From a bacterium (GTDB lineage Bacteria > UBA8248), in NCBI GenBank assembly GCA_965213685.1, contig CBDBZY010000051.1, positions 224,001 through 288,000 of the forward strand: DNA of 64,000 nt, read 5' to 3'. Position 1 is the stretch's first letter. The number at the start of each line of letters is the position of its first letter. The position numbers and the translations under genes are program-made. Under the pieces are notes generated by a model. The model ran no database searches. It had not been told where the DNA came from and saw only the letters and a program-made list of their open reading frames with translations. Shown here one piece after another: positions 25,370 through 64,000 of the stretch.

Positions 25370-28300
25370 ATGTCGATAATCATGGGTCCTTACGAGAAGG
25401 AGGCTCGTCTCCAGGCGGAGTGCGAAGATGACGAGCTACTAGTGTTCGGATACGCTTGTAAGCTCTTTCGAGACGATACGAAAGGGTTGCTGGAGGACTC
25501 GGGCCAGCTGCTGATCCCCTGGATGGGAGATAGTTCGCTGATGGTGGACAGGTGAGAAGGATGAGAGGAGAGCCGGTTTGGCGCTAGTTTAGCAACTCGA
25601 GGGAGGTGTTGTAGTGTGCATTATTTAGAACGCAGGTGCGCTAACCCGTTCAGTAGTTGTTTCACGTTCAGTAGTTGTTGTTTGTGCTCTTCACCAGATA
25701 CGACATTCGCAACAGACTGGAGGACAAGAGCCAGTTCGGATTGAAGCCTAATCTACCACGCAGGATGACCAAGGGTGAGGAAGAGCTTGAAGAAGTGCTG
25801 GACCATGAGCGGTACCTAGCCCTGGGAGTGGACATCCTGGAGCATGAGCTGAGAGAGGGTGAGTGTAGAGAGAAAGTAGTACGGACATATTTCAGATTGC
25901 CCTGTGATTAGAATGCAATGAGTGTGCCATTCATGAGGATGTGTCTCTTTTCCTCAGAGGAAGCTGAGAAGAGAGCACATGAAGGCGGTGATGGCTTCTT
26001 CAGAGCAGTGGGCTTCAATTATGATGCCCAACCACCAGTGGAGGAGGCCACGCACATTCCAGCACACCTCCCTGAACTCCCTGAGCATCCTCCCACCTCA
26101 GCTGTGGATGTGGTAGGAAGGGAGGCCCCTTTCATTATGCCTGACAACCTGGATGTCCCTGGCCATGTTAAACTGGTATGTTCTTCATCACCCTCCCCTG
26201 AAGCCCAGTACCGGGTGAAGTAGAGCATTGTTACAACGCTGTGTCATCATCCCCCTCTCCCTCCCTCCCTCCCTCCTTTCCCTTGTTTTGTCTCTGCCTC
26301 AGCCTGCCACAAATAAGCTTCACTCCATTGTCGAGCGTACAGCCCTGTTCGTTGCCAAGCAGGGCACACAGATGGAGATAATGATCAAAGCAAAGCAGAA
26401 GTTCAACCCTTTCTTCTCCTTCCTCTCTCTCTATGACCCCCTCCACCCATACTACCGACACCTCCTCCAGCTCATCACCTCCGGCAAGTACACCCCCAAT
26501 CCAGAGGCTGCCAAGACAGAAGAGGAGGAAGGCAGTGGAGAGGTGGGGGGTGGGGGTGAGGACATTGCTGGAAGCAGTACAGAGACTGATACAGCCAGGA
26601 GAGGGGAAGAGGAGGCTATGCCCAGTGACAATGATGGGGAACCTGGTTCTGATGACTCCGATGGGGAGGAGTTTGAGCTCCACCCGCTGTTACGAGTCTC
26701 TACCAACTCCTCTCCAAGGCTTCCTTCTCACCAACAGCCTCCCAGGACCACAGCCACTCCTTCGACAGCTGCCACCACTACCCTCTCACTCGATCAGAGA
26801 CACAACACGTCGTTCTATGCCAAGTCCCTCAGTGTCAACGCTGCCCCCTCCCTGGAGCGAGAGAGGGAAGATGGAGTGGCTGGGAGGGACTACTCCTCCT
26901 CCCAGTCTGCCTATCACTACTCTCATTCCCCATACACCAGGTGGGAATGGCACACATACACACACACTCACTCACCCCACGCTGACCTCAGCCCACCCTC
27001 TCTGCTCATCTCTTGAGTTCTCTCCACAGGACTGCTACTGTAGCACATGTTGTGGTGCACTTAGCACTGTGTGTATTGCAGGCCACCTAGACCCAGTGTG
27101 TTAGAGACCTACCATAGCCCTGCCTCCCTCCCTTGTGTTAGCTATGCATCCTCCTTGGATCTTTCAGCGGGAGAGAGAGTGTCACGCTCACTGGTTGTGG
27201 CTGTATGCTGTAGGGCTAGGCTGTGTGGAACGTGTTGCAGACTGACAGGAAGAGAACGGCCACACTATTTTCTGAGCTGGCCACGCACTATTTTGTTCAA
27301 CAGGCAGAGGAGAAGCTACTGAACACACGACCCAGTGGGGAATGCTAAAATACTGTACATGAACATGGTTCTCTGCATTGTGGTTATGGTGCATGTGTAT
27401 ACCAAGTAGGATTTGGTACTTGTGTGGTATGCAGTGTGGTATGCAGTGTGGTTGTGTGGGCGGGGGGAAAATTGCAGTGATTCGTGCTCAAGATCAGCTG
27501 GCAGAGGTGAAAGGACGGTAAGATGGAGTGTTGTTTTGCAGGGGGTTATGAAACTGAAGAGTTTGTTATAGGAATGAATATTTACATAAACTTTTTATCT
27601 GTTTGATCACAGCCACCACATGGGGGGCCCCGAGGAACAGGCCTACCACTACCACCATCCTCCCCACTACCTGTACTGTGATGGTAAGACTTGGCTGCAG
27701 TGTGTTGCAGAGTGGACACTAGCTGTGTGGTGTGTTGCAGGGTGGAATATTTTTTATGCATGCATGCACACACACACACACACACACACACACAGGATAT
27801 GACTACCACCCTACCCAGTCGGACTACAGCAGTCAGTACAGTCTGGAGGCATACTACCACAGACTCAGTGCACAGCACATCAGCAGAATGGAGGGCCACA
27901 GCACGGCCCCCAGCCCTGCTCCTCCTCCCCCCGACCTGCAGCCTATCATAGACAAAACGGCCGAGTACGTTGCTCGGAACAGTGAACAATTTGAGCGAAC
28001 GGTTCTCGAGAGGCACTGTGGGGACCCCAAGTTCGGGTTCCTGAACCCCTGGAACAAGTACTATGCCTACTACAAGCTGCGGCTGCAGCAGTTCAAGGAG
28101 AGGGCAGTGCTGGAGGAGGGGCAGAGGACAGCTGGAGGGCAGGAGGAAGGGAGGGGGCAGGGCACCGAGGAGCCTCAGGAGAAGCTCCGTGGGAAGAAGG
28201 TGCAGAAGTTGAGTCAGAGTGGGACTGTCAGTTTTCGTTTGGAGCCAAAGGTTGTTAAGGTTTTGGAGACTCCAGTGGACCTGAGCACCAAGGATGAGGA

Positions 28301-28663
28301 GGAGGAGGAAGAGAAGGCTGAGGAGAAGGAGGAGGGAGAAAAGCGGGTAGAAGATGGGCCCTCTGCAGACTACCAGCAAGATGACCTCGACCAACCCTAT
28401 GCCATAGAAGCAGAACAGTACTCCTACAGTGCAGAGGGAGTGTACTACCACAGCGATGCCCCAGGGGATGGGGAAGACCCACCTGCTCCCAAGAGAGCTA
28501 GGATGGCTCCCAGTAGCAAGGGCCTAGTGATGGATAACAAGGTCAAGGTGAGTACACTGATCTTGTGTGTATAGGGGAATGACTATATATGATGATCCTT
28601 ATCAGTTCTGCTCTCACTCCTCAGGAGTTTCTGGATGAGGTCAAAGCTGTTTTGGATTCCTAG
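25370..28663 (+). CDS. SFSWAP: Splicing factor SWAP homolog (DRY_EERY domain plus two SURP domains), multi-exon
   Basis: [29 protein letters not shown]|YDIR; SURP1 [29 protein letters not shown]; SURP2 [27 protein letters not shown]; last exon [12 protein letters not shown]. Confidence 0.9.
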
Positions 28664-28874
28664 CCCAGCCACTATTTGTTTTGCATGATTGCATGTGTTT
28701 CAGTTCTGTCATGTGATTCATGGGATAAGTTTTGTCAATCAATTGCGGTTGCATGGAGTTCTCATAAATTCTAGGCCTATAATATGGTTAAAGTGCGTGG
28801 TGAGGTAGAGGCTAGCCTACAGTGACTTGATCGGACAGCCCGTGAAAGGAACGCGCTGAGCGGAACGCGATTTT

Positions 28875-29063
28875 GGGATTATCATTTTGCAGGTATTAAA
28901 TTTTGCTATTTTCACTTGTGAGTGAGATGACCAATCATTCAATTGTAGTGTTGAGAACACTGTAAGCTAGTAAAGCTTTTGTTTGCGTGTACAAAATTTT
29001 GCGTTTTTGCGCCAATCCGCAAAAATTTCAAACAGTATAATAGTACCCGCAAAAAATAGTCAC
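28875..29063. mobile_element. Putative degenerate MITE-like element
   Basis: AT-rich, ~190 bp, with imperfect terminal inverted repeats (ttttgcaggtatta versus the reverse complement of tagtacccgcaaaa; 12/14 match) and internal ttttgcg/cgcaaaa inverted words. No target-site duplication identified. Confidence 0.4.
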
Positions 29064-29179
29064 AAGCGAAAATTTGTTATTGCGCTGTCCCGCTTTGGAT
29101 GCGGCCTACACGTATAAGCACCCGCTTGAAGGGCTTCCTACATAAGCTCAGAGCTCGCCTGCACTGAAGTGGCCGGGAT

Positions 29180-32100
29180 ATGTCCCTGTGTGAGGAAAAC
29201 CAAGACAAGATCATCCGAGCGTGCGCCAAGGGAAATTTTAGGTACGCAGTTGAGCTCAGTAAGAATCTTAGGAGCGACGAATTCTCGGCAGTTGTTAGCA
29301 AGCGTGGATGGACTCCACTGCACTATGCGTGCAGTTTTTGCCGTGTGAAGTATGCAAGTACTTTGAATAGCCTCGGCTACGATCCGCGGCAGAAGGACTC
29401 CACGGGAGTCACGCCCCTGCACCTGGCCTGTCAGTATGGCCCACTGGAGATGGTTCAACTTCTGATTAACAATCTGACTGCGTTGGATTACAACATAGAG
29501 ACTGAGTGTGTGGATTCAGACATGAATACGCCCGTCCACAGCGCCTGTCAGTACGGCCAGCTGGACACGATGAAGACGCTATTAAGGTATGTCAACGAAG
29601 CGGTCGTAATGCAAAAAAATCGCGACGGCGACACGCCGCTTGGTATCGCCTTCCAACAAGGAGAGGTAGGCATCGTCATGCTATTTGCCAGAATTATACC
29701 CAGCGCGAAGATAAAACAGCACATCACCAGGGAGGAAGGCACAGTACTCTTTCATAAAGCTTGCGAGTATGGCAGAGTAGAAGCTGTGGACTTTCTCCTG
29801 AAAAATGGCTTCAGGTTGCATCAGGTAATGGAGATGTACAAACGTTCTGCAGTGCATGTTGCTAGCACGTATGGACAAATGGAGGTGCTAGCAGTATTGG
29901 TTCAGTATGGATGTCAGCCCAGCACACTTACAGATTACGAGGGTTCTACTCCTCTCCATGTTGCATGTTGGCATGGACATTTGAATGTGGTACAGAGACT
30001 AATATGTAGACATTCTTGCAATCCCCTGGAGGAAAACTCCAAAGGGGAAACCCCTTTCTCATTGGCCTGCATTAGTCATCACTATAGTATTGCAAGGTAT
30101 ATTCAGCATTGGTTGGCTTCCCAAGGTGACGTACCAGAAGACATAGCAGCAGCTTCATGGCCTAAGGTGGACGAGTTGCCCTCTGTATCTGAGCCATATA
30201 GATCAGAGGATGACATTGTGTTACTTACGTTGCAGGCTGTTGAGCGCACTAGTGTCCCACTAAGTTACCAACAGCAACTTCACATGGCATGCCAGAGAGG
30301 TGTTCTGGATGTGGTGAAACTACTGAGTGAGTCAAACATTGACCCACTCCTGCCAATTACTGAAGAAGGCCATTCTGCACTTCATGTGGCTTGCGAATAT
30401 GGCCAAAGTGACATTGCTAGGTACCTGATTGACACACATGGGTGTGACCCTACGTCAAAAACCAAGAATGGGTCCACAGCATTCCACTGTGCTAATAATC
30501 CAGCACCAAATGCTGCACATAACCCTCTTGATATTGGAGTGCTCTTTGAGAAATACTTCAAAGAGCACCATGGCAACACAGGAACATATCACACCGGGAC
30601 TGATGATGAACCTGACATTCACGAGAAGAGAAGAGAAAACATTCAGCACTTGAAATACTTTCAAACATTGGACTTGGATTCCAAGAATGATGAGGGGAAG
30701 ACTGCATTGCATTATGCATGCCGTCATGGTTTAAAGGACAATTTGAGACAGCTGCTTTCCATGGGTTGCAATCCATTCATAAGAGACAAGGAGTGTAACA
30801 CTGCTATGCATCTGGCTTGCTTATCGGGTAATGCTGAAACAATATCCACTCTCTCTAGTTACAGCAGTAAATTATGTAACCCAAGGTGTAAGAACAGCTA
30901 CCTTGACACACCTCTGCACTTTGCTGCATCTACTGGAAACATGGAACTGGCAACTTCATCACTGAGACTCTTTCAAAAGAATGTTTGGTACAGACCAATA
31001 CCTCAAAATTGTGTGTGGGACACACCACTGCATGAAGCCTGCCGATCTGGTTCAGTTGACTTTGTTCGCTATCTTGTAGAAGAGATGAAGTACAAAGTCA
31101 GAGTCCGAAATAAATCAGGTGAGACTCCTCTTCACAGTGCTTGCTGCAAATCTGGCAATGTGCAAGTAGTTAAGTATCTTGTGACAAAGATGGGAAACCC
31201 ACTAGTAAAAAACAAAGTGGGAGATTCACCACTGCACAACGCCTGTGCATTTGGGCAGTATGAAATTGTGAAGTTTTTGATTAGTCACTTGGCTGAAGCC
31301 AAACTTAAAAAGCTCCACAACAATCAAGGTTTCAATCCTCTGCACACTGCATGCAGCTTTGGACAAGATATCATCGTGAAGTATCTCCTACAGTGCTCCA
31401 TATGGGATCCAAACAAACCTGACTGTGCTGGTAGAACTCCTCTCCACTGTATTTTCCAAGGGCTAGAGCTGGAATATTGCTCACATGCAGCTGCCCAAGA
31501 GACATTAGAACAGCTATTGACCAAAAAGAGCCTGAATCTGTCTCTATTGGACCACAATGGACAGACTCCCTTTGCCATGTGTAACAGCACAAAGTTAGAA
31601 AAAATCTTGCTTCACAATATGAAAAACTCTGCCGAGATGTATGTAAAGTATTGTGGCCAACTTCAACCACAGTCTCTCCCAGCATCATCTCTGGTTGTGT
31701 TTGTGTTAGGAAACAGAGGTGTGGGCAAGAGCTCTCTGATTGCATCTCTTCAGAAAGAGAAGAAGCTCTCTCTTTCTCAAAAAGTCACAGTTGTGTCACC
31801 ATGCACAGCAGGAATAGTCCCAAGCAAATTTTTCAGTAAAGCATATGGTTCGGTGATGTTTTATGACTTTGCTGGCCACTACGAATATTATGCTGGACAC
31901 TCTGCCATTTTGCAAAATTGTGCAACTTCTAAGATCCCCCCACTTTTCCTGGTAGTGGTGAACCTGGAGGAAAGCAGTGATGACATCAGAAAGAGGCTAG
32001 GGTACTGGCTGTACTTCCTCACTAGCCAGTATCACATGCAGGAAGCCCAGTCACATGTCGTCATCATTGGGAGCCATTCCGATAAGATATCTGCACAAGA

Positions 32101-34547
32101 TGCAACAAGCAAAAAAGAGTGTATACACTACATAATACAGCATCATGGTAAACAGTTCCAGTATCAGGGATGTGTTCTGCTGGATTGTCGCAGGCCAGAC
32201 AAAATGGACTGCCTCCGAAGCAAACTCAGTGTCATAGACAGGGATAGAATCGGGAGAATTGATCCCATGGCACAATATTTCCTCTCATTCCTGGAGAGCA
32301 ATCTGCAGCATTCTGAGGTGGCACTGACTGTAACAGAGCTTGAAACAAGAGTCAAAGAAAGCAGCTGGTTCAAGGTGCCAGAGAAATTTGAGAATGACCC
32401 AAGTATAACACCGTTTGAGCCGCACCATGACACTCTCGAGGTGTGCCGTCATTTGAATGAACATGGACATATTCTTCTGCTGGAACAGGAGGAGAAATCT
32501 TGTAGTTGGGTAGTTTTTCATACCCAGAAGCTGTTGTCTGATATCATGGGGTCAATATTTGTTCCCACAGACCCCCAGTCTTCTCCTTCCTGCACTGGAG
32601 TTGTGACATTCTCAGCCATCAAGGCGCATATTGCAATTGTGGACACGGAAGTGATAGTGAAATTTCTCTGCCACTTTCAATTCTGTCGTGAGCTATCTGA
32701 CTGTCAAGTGTTAGACCTCTTGGTATTGGAAAGCAGGCACGAGGCTATTTCAACAATCCCAGGTGAAAGGTATTTCTTTTTCCCTGGTCTCATCAACACA
32801 GTTACGCCAGACACTCTATGGGAGGAGGATGAACAATATACATTCTACAGTGGTTGGATGCTGGAGTGCATTGAACTAGAGTATATGCAGTTTTTAACAT
32901 CAAGATTTCTGCAAGTACTACAGCTTCGCCTCATGTTTGGGTTTGCTTTCCCATCCACTACAGCTGTGTCTCCTCTCCCAGACCCAGCCCTCAGGAGGAA
33001 GTGTGTGGTGTGGAAGAATGGCATTCAGTGGAAAGAACACGGGACACAAGTGCTAGTGGAAGTAACTGAACAGAACACGAAAGTCGTCGTACTCTTGAGA
33101 TCGTATCAGGATTCAAAGTCAAAGAACATCACACTACGCTCTAGCATCATCAGGGAGGTACTGGAGGCCAAGAATGAGTTCTGTTGCCACACTTGCATCT
33201 CACAGTCATTTCTTCATCCACAGGACATAAAGCAGTACCCACTCCAACAGAATGTCCGAAAGTTCAATATCCACGATGTAGCTCAGGCAATTGTTCATCC
33301 TCACAACAAAGCAAAATATGTTCTGGACAACATGGGGAGCTGTGAAATCCAGCTAAACGAACTGCTGTACTTCGAGCCTTATGCTGAACTGTGCCGCATG
33401 ATCCTTTGCCAACTACTAAATGATGCAGCTTCAGACGTGGAGATTCCACACCACATTCTGGAAGGCATAGCAGCTCACTGCTCAGCATCAGAGAGAGGAG
33501 AACTCTTTGCAGATATTCTGGGCTATCACTCTGCCACCAAGGATGAGATAGCCACAGTCTTTAGACACTGGAAGAACAGAGGTAGCTGCACATTTGAGAG
33601 CCTCAAGGCTAGCATTGACCAATACACTGTGTTCCGAGGAAGAGCTGGGCGACAGCTTCTGCTGGTAAATATGGAAAGAGTTTGCTACTAGGAGCTAATC
33701 CATAGCTATAGTGTGCCAAAAGATCCTAATTTTTCTTGTGCATTCACCTGTGCTGTCAGAATAAGGCTCTGCATGGGAAGTCATATTGAAAGTTTGTATC
33801 CCCATAATACCCTTACCACCACACCATAGGCCAGTAATGTGATCCCTATCAGCAAGTGCAACCCACCCAGTGCCATATCAGTTACTAAAATCACTACACA
33901 TCATCAGCCAAGTACATGTAGTAGTGCCGTGGTTGCATGATAGCCATCTTGTATGTGCCATGTTTTACTCTATTACCTGCTAGGATGAGACGGAGCATCA
34001 CCTCTCCCGGTTCCCTGGTGCTAGTTCAGTTTGCCTGAGGTGCCAGGAGCCAGAAATTCCTCTCAACAATGAACAGATCGATGACACCCACTTAGGTAAA
34101 TATTAGGCCATACTCCACACAAGCTAAAGCACAAGCTGACGTATGTCTTATAGGCCAATATATTATATATACATAGAGCAGATGCATGGTAGTGCCCATA
34201 TCCTGCTGTGTGTCATTGGATCGCCTTTGTTTCATGCAGAAGAAGACAATCTATTTGAAGTCCTCTCTGAACTAGTTGAGGTCGTACAATGGAAGAACTT
34301 CAGCCTGGCCCTCGGTCTCCTGCCCTCAACAGTGAACAAGATTGCTGCTAAGGAAAGGGGAGATGTTGACAACTGTCTGCGAGAGGCATTGCTGGCCTGG
34401 CTTTGTTGGCAAGACAACACCAGAGCAACCACTTGGAGGGAGTTGTATCAAGCATTGCGTCAGTGTGGCTGTGTCTCAGTAGCCAAACAGGTGGCAAGAA
34501 ACCACCCTCAGCACCCTGCAGCCATCCCTAACTCTAGCCCCCCATAA
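29180..34547 (+). CDS. Ankyrin-repeat ROCO protein (ANK-Roc-COR-death domain; DAPK1-like without kinase), ~1630 aa
   Basis: Exon 29180-33664 has many TPLH ankyrin repeats, then Roc motifs G1 GNRGVGKS, TAGI, G3 DFAGH, G4 GSHSD and a COR region. In-frame splices lead to 33984-34095 and 34240-34547, encoding a death domain (WKNFSLALGL..CLREALLAWL..TWRELYQALR). Confidence 0.88.
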
Positions 34548-35000
34548 CATGCAGAATGTGCATGGGAGAGAGCAGGTCTATCCCCTCCCCCCTCCTACGC
34601 ACCTTTCTCTAGAGCTAAGGAAAGAAACAAATCATCCATTATATACTCTATTCAAAGTTGCTTCCCTGTCCTACCTATCTTGCCTACAGAGCTTTGTATT
34701 CATAAGCCCATGCACGTGTGGGAGACTCCCCATCACTCAAAGGCATAACATCAAGCATATGTGACTCCAGACAATGGCTATATACACAGTTGGAATGCAT
34801 CTGATCACCATGTGTCCTGTCAGACAAGTAGCAGTGTTCTGTCATTTTAGAGTCAGTTCAGTGTGTTATGAGTTACTGGAGAGAGCTCTGCGCTCTTCAC
34901 TCGGTCTGACATGACATGTGCAACTGAGAGAGTTATGACAATGTCATAGTATATACACCGTAACATGTACAAGCAAATATCAGTGGCTATACTGGGCACA

Positions 35001-40997
<5,997 letters not shown>

Positions 40998-41257
40998 CAG
41001 ACCCCACTCTAATTAAAGCTCATCTCGTAGTAGCCGTCGCGCATGCGCAGATTGTTCCCTTGTGACCGACCCTATCCCGAGCGGAAGCGGTGTGCAGAGT
41101 CGCTGCTTGGGTTGTCGAGGACAGAAGACGCTGCTCAGCTGCTACACTCCCCCTACAGAGGCTGACCTCAGCTTGTACAACTAGCTAGCCGTCCGGAGGT
41201 TGGAGCGGGTGGCGATCGAGGGAGAAACGATTGTCACGGAATAGACTGGACTCCAAA
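40998..41257. promoter_or_regulatory. Bidirectional promoter between CHD1L and CLTC
   Basis: Head-to-head ATGs 260 bp apart in a CpG-rich spacer. GCGCATGCGC (NRF1-like) at 41039-41048, CGGAAGCG (ETS-like) at ~41082, AAAATGGCG (YY1-like) at the CLTC ATG. Confidence 0.65.
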
Positions 41258-52466
<11,209 letters not shown>

Positions 52467-53029
52467 CACCCACCCCTGAGTGGACCATAAACTAGCCTAG
52501 GCTTATGTGTATTTTTTTGCAATTTAGTAGGCTTAGCTGCATGCATGATGGAGATAAACACTATATTAAATTGTAATTGAATAACTTATGATGGTTGTTT
52601 GTGTGTGTGTTGATGTAGAAAATATTGTGTAATGAATGCATTGTGATTGCAGAGGAAAACTATTTGAACGTTGTAACACTATTAAAGTTGATATTTTTCT
52701 CTTGGACAAGTCGCTCGTTTACGAATACACTGCGCATTAATTAGAGAACGAATATCTGGTCTCGTGCACACGCTGGAATGGAGTGGAATGTACGGTACCG
52801 GGACAGTGCGCACGCCGTTCTGTTGTAGTGGGCTTTAATTGGAAGCCAAACCTACTACTGTGAGGGCGTTGTTGAGCTGCTCCCCGTCCTCCCGAGCCTT
52901 GGCGCACAGTGCAGTGCTACCAGGTTGTTGGAGATGTGAAGTGATGTGCGTGGTGAACAGTTACTCTCGGGAATAAGGCGTCCATTTTGCATGACAAGGC
53001 TTTGCCTGTGAGGTTGGGGAGCTTGAAGC

Positions 53030-59178
<6,149 letters not shown>

Positions 59179-60034
59179 CCTCCACTGTCCCTCCTCTGCC
59201 TCATGTTGTTCTGTGTCCACACAGTGTGTGGTTGTTTTGTAATGACCTGTGTTCATCATGTGAGAAGTGTTCCAATGTGGGCGGGGTCACATGACTACTA
59301 TAGGCAGGGATCATGTGACTACTGTGGGCAGGACTACATGTGCATGCCTTTCTCACTGGCACCCACTTACAGTTGCAAGGGTCAAAGGTCACATGCATTT
59401 TTGGACTAGGTCTAGCTATATATAGCACAAGGGTGCTATATATAGCTATCTGCAGTATACATATAATTATATAGGGGCAGCACACATTATGTATTTGGGC
59501 TGGGGCCTTGTGGCATGCCATAGGACTTCTGTAGTGGGAAGGATAGAGCTTCAGGAGGTCTTACTAAGTGGCTAGTGGTGAGAACCACCTGGCTGCTTGG
59601 GTTCTGTGGGTCTTCATCAGTGAGGGGGGAGACCATACCAGCACACATGCTGGGCAGTGGTGTGGTATGTGACTCACTGTCCACACCTTCCTCTGGTCTG
59701 CAGCCACACACACACGCACACACACCCACACCAGGGCCACCACTAGGACCATACACTGCCCTACCACCACACAGTGATACCTACAGCATACATACACGTG
59801 CCACGCCTCCTCACATACAAAAGTGTATAAAGTCTATTAATACATATGACTACAGCACAGTGAACATGTACAATGCACCCTAGAGGCAAGGAGTGCTGCA
59901 ACGGCACAACACACAGCACACACCACTATACAGTGTCTACTCTAACATCTCTCACACACAGAACTAGTGCGTTGCAGAGACTCAAATGACAATCAGCGAC
60001 GGCCGTAGTGTTCGTGACAGTGGAAAGAGTCTCT

Positions 60035-64000
<3,966 letters not shown>

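Noticed and set aside
34143-34547. Stand-alone death-domain gene
   Set aside because: In-frame splice sites link it to the upstream ROCO exon, and the ORF's N-terminal part looks intronic.

Overview
A gene-dense eukaryotic (animal) genomic window, most likely from a non-bilaterian such as a demosponge. That assignment is inferred from the short microsatellite-filled introns, tiny intergenic spacers and an ankyrin-ROCO-death gene. Most ORFs in the supplied track are intronic low-complexity artefacts, so real genes were rebuilt from splice sites. In order: 3' end of a LIM-class homeobox gene; three tandem genes for signal-peptide, predicted GPI-anchored proteins built from transcobalamin-beta/DUF4430-like domains; MRPS5; an intronless GT92 glycosyltransferase; TMEM209; a RASAL1/RASA4-like RasGAP; LRRC74; SFSWAP; an ankyrin-Roc-COR-death protein; CHD1L/ALC1 carrying an extra C-terminal BRCT domain; clathrin heavy chain; SETD1; and 5'-truncated paxillin. 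The top candidate for an undescribed system is the tandem cluster of membrane-tethered cobalamin-binding-like beta-domain proteins (1198-5107). Also notable are the CHD1L-BRCT fusion, two U12-type introns (one AT-AC), three GC-AG introns, (CA)n-only 3' splice sites and an RFX X-box at LRRC74. All homology calls are by recognition from memory; no searches were run.
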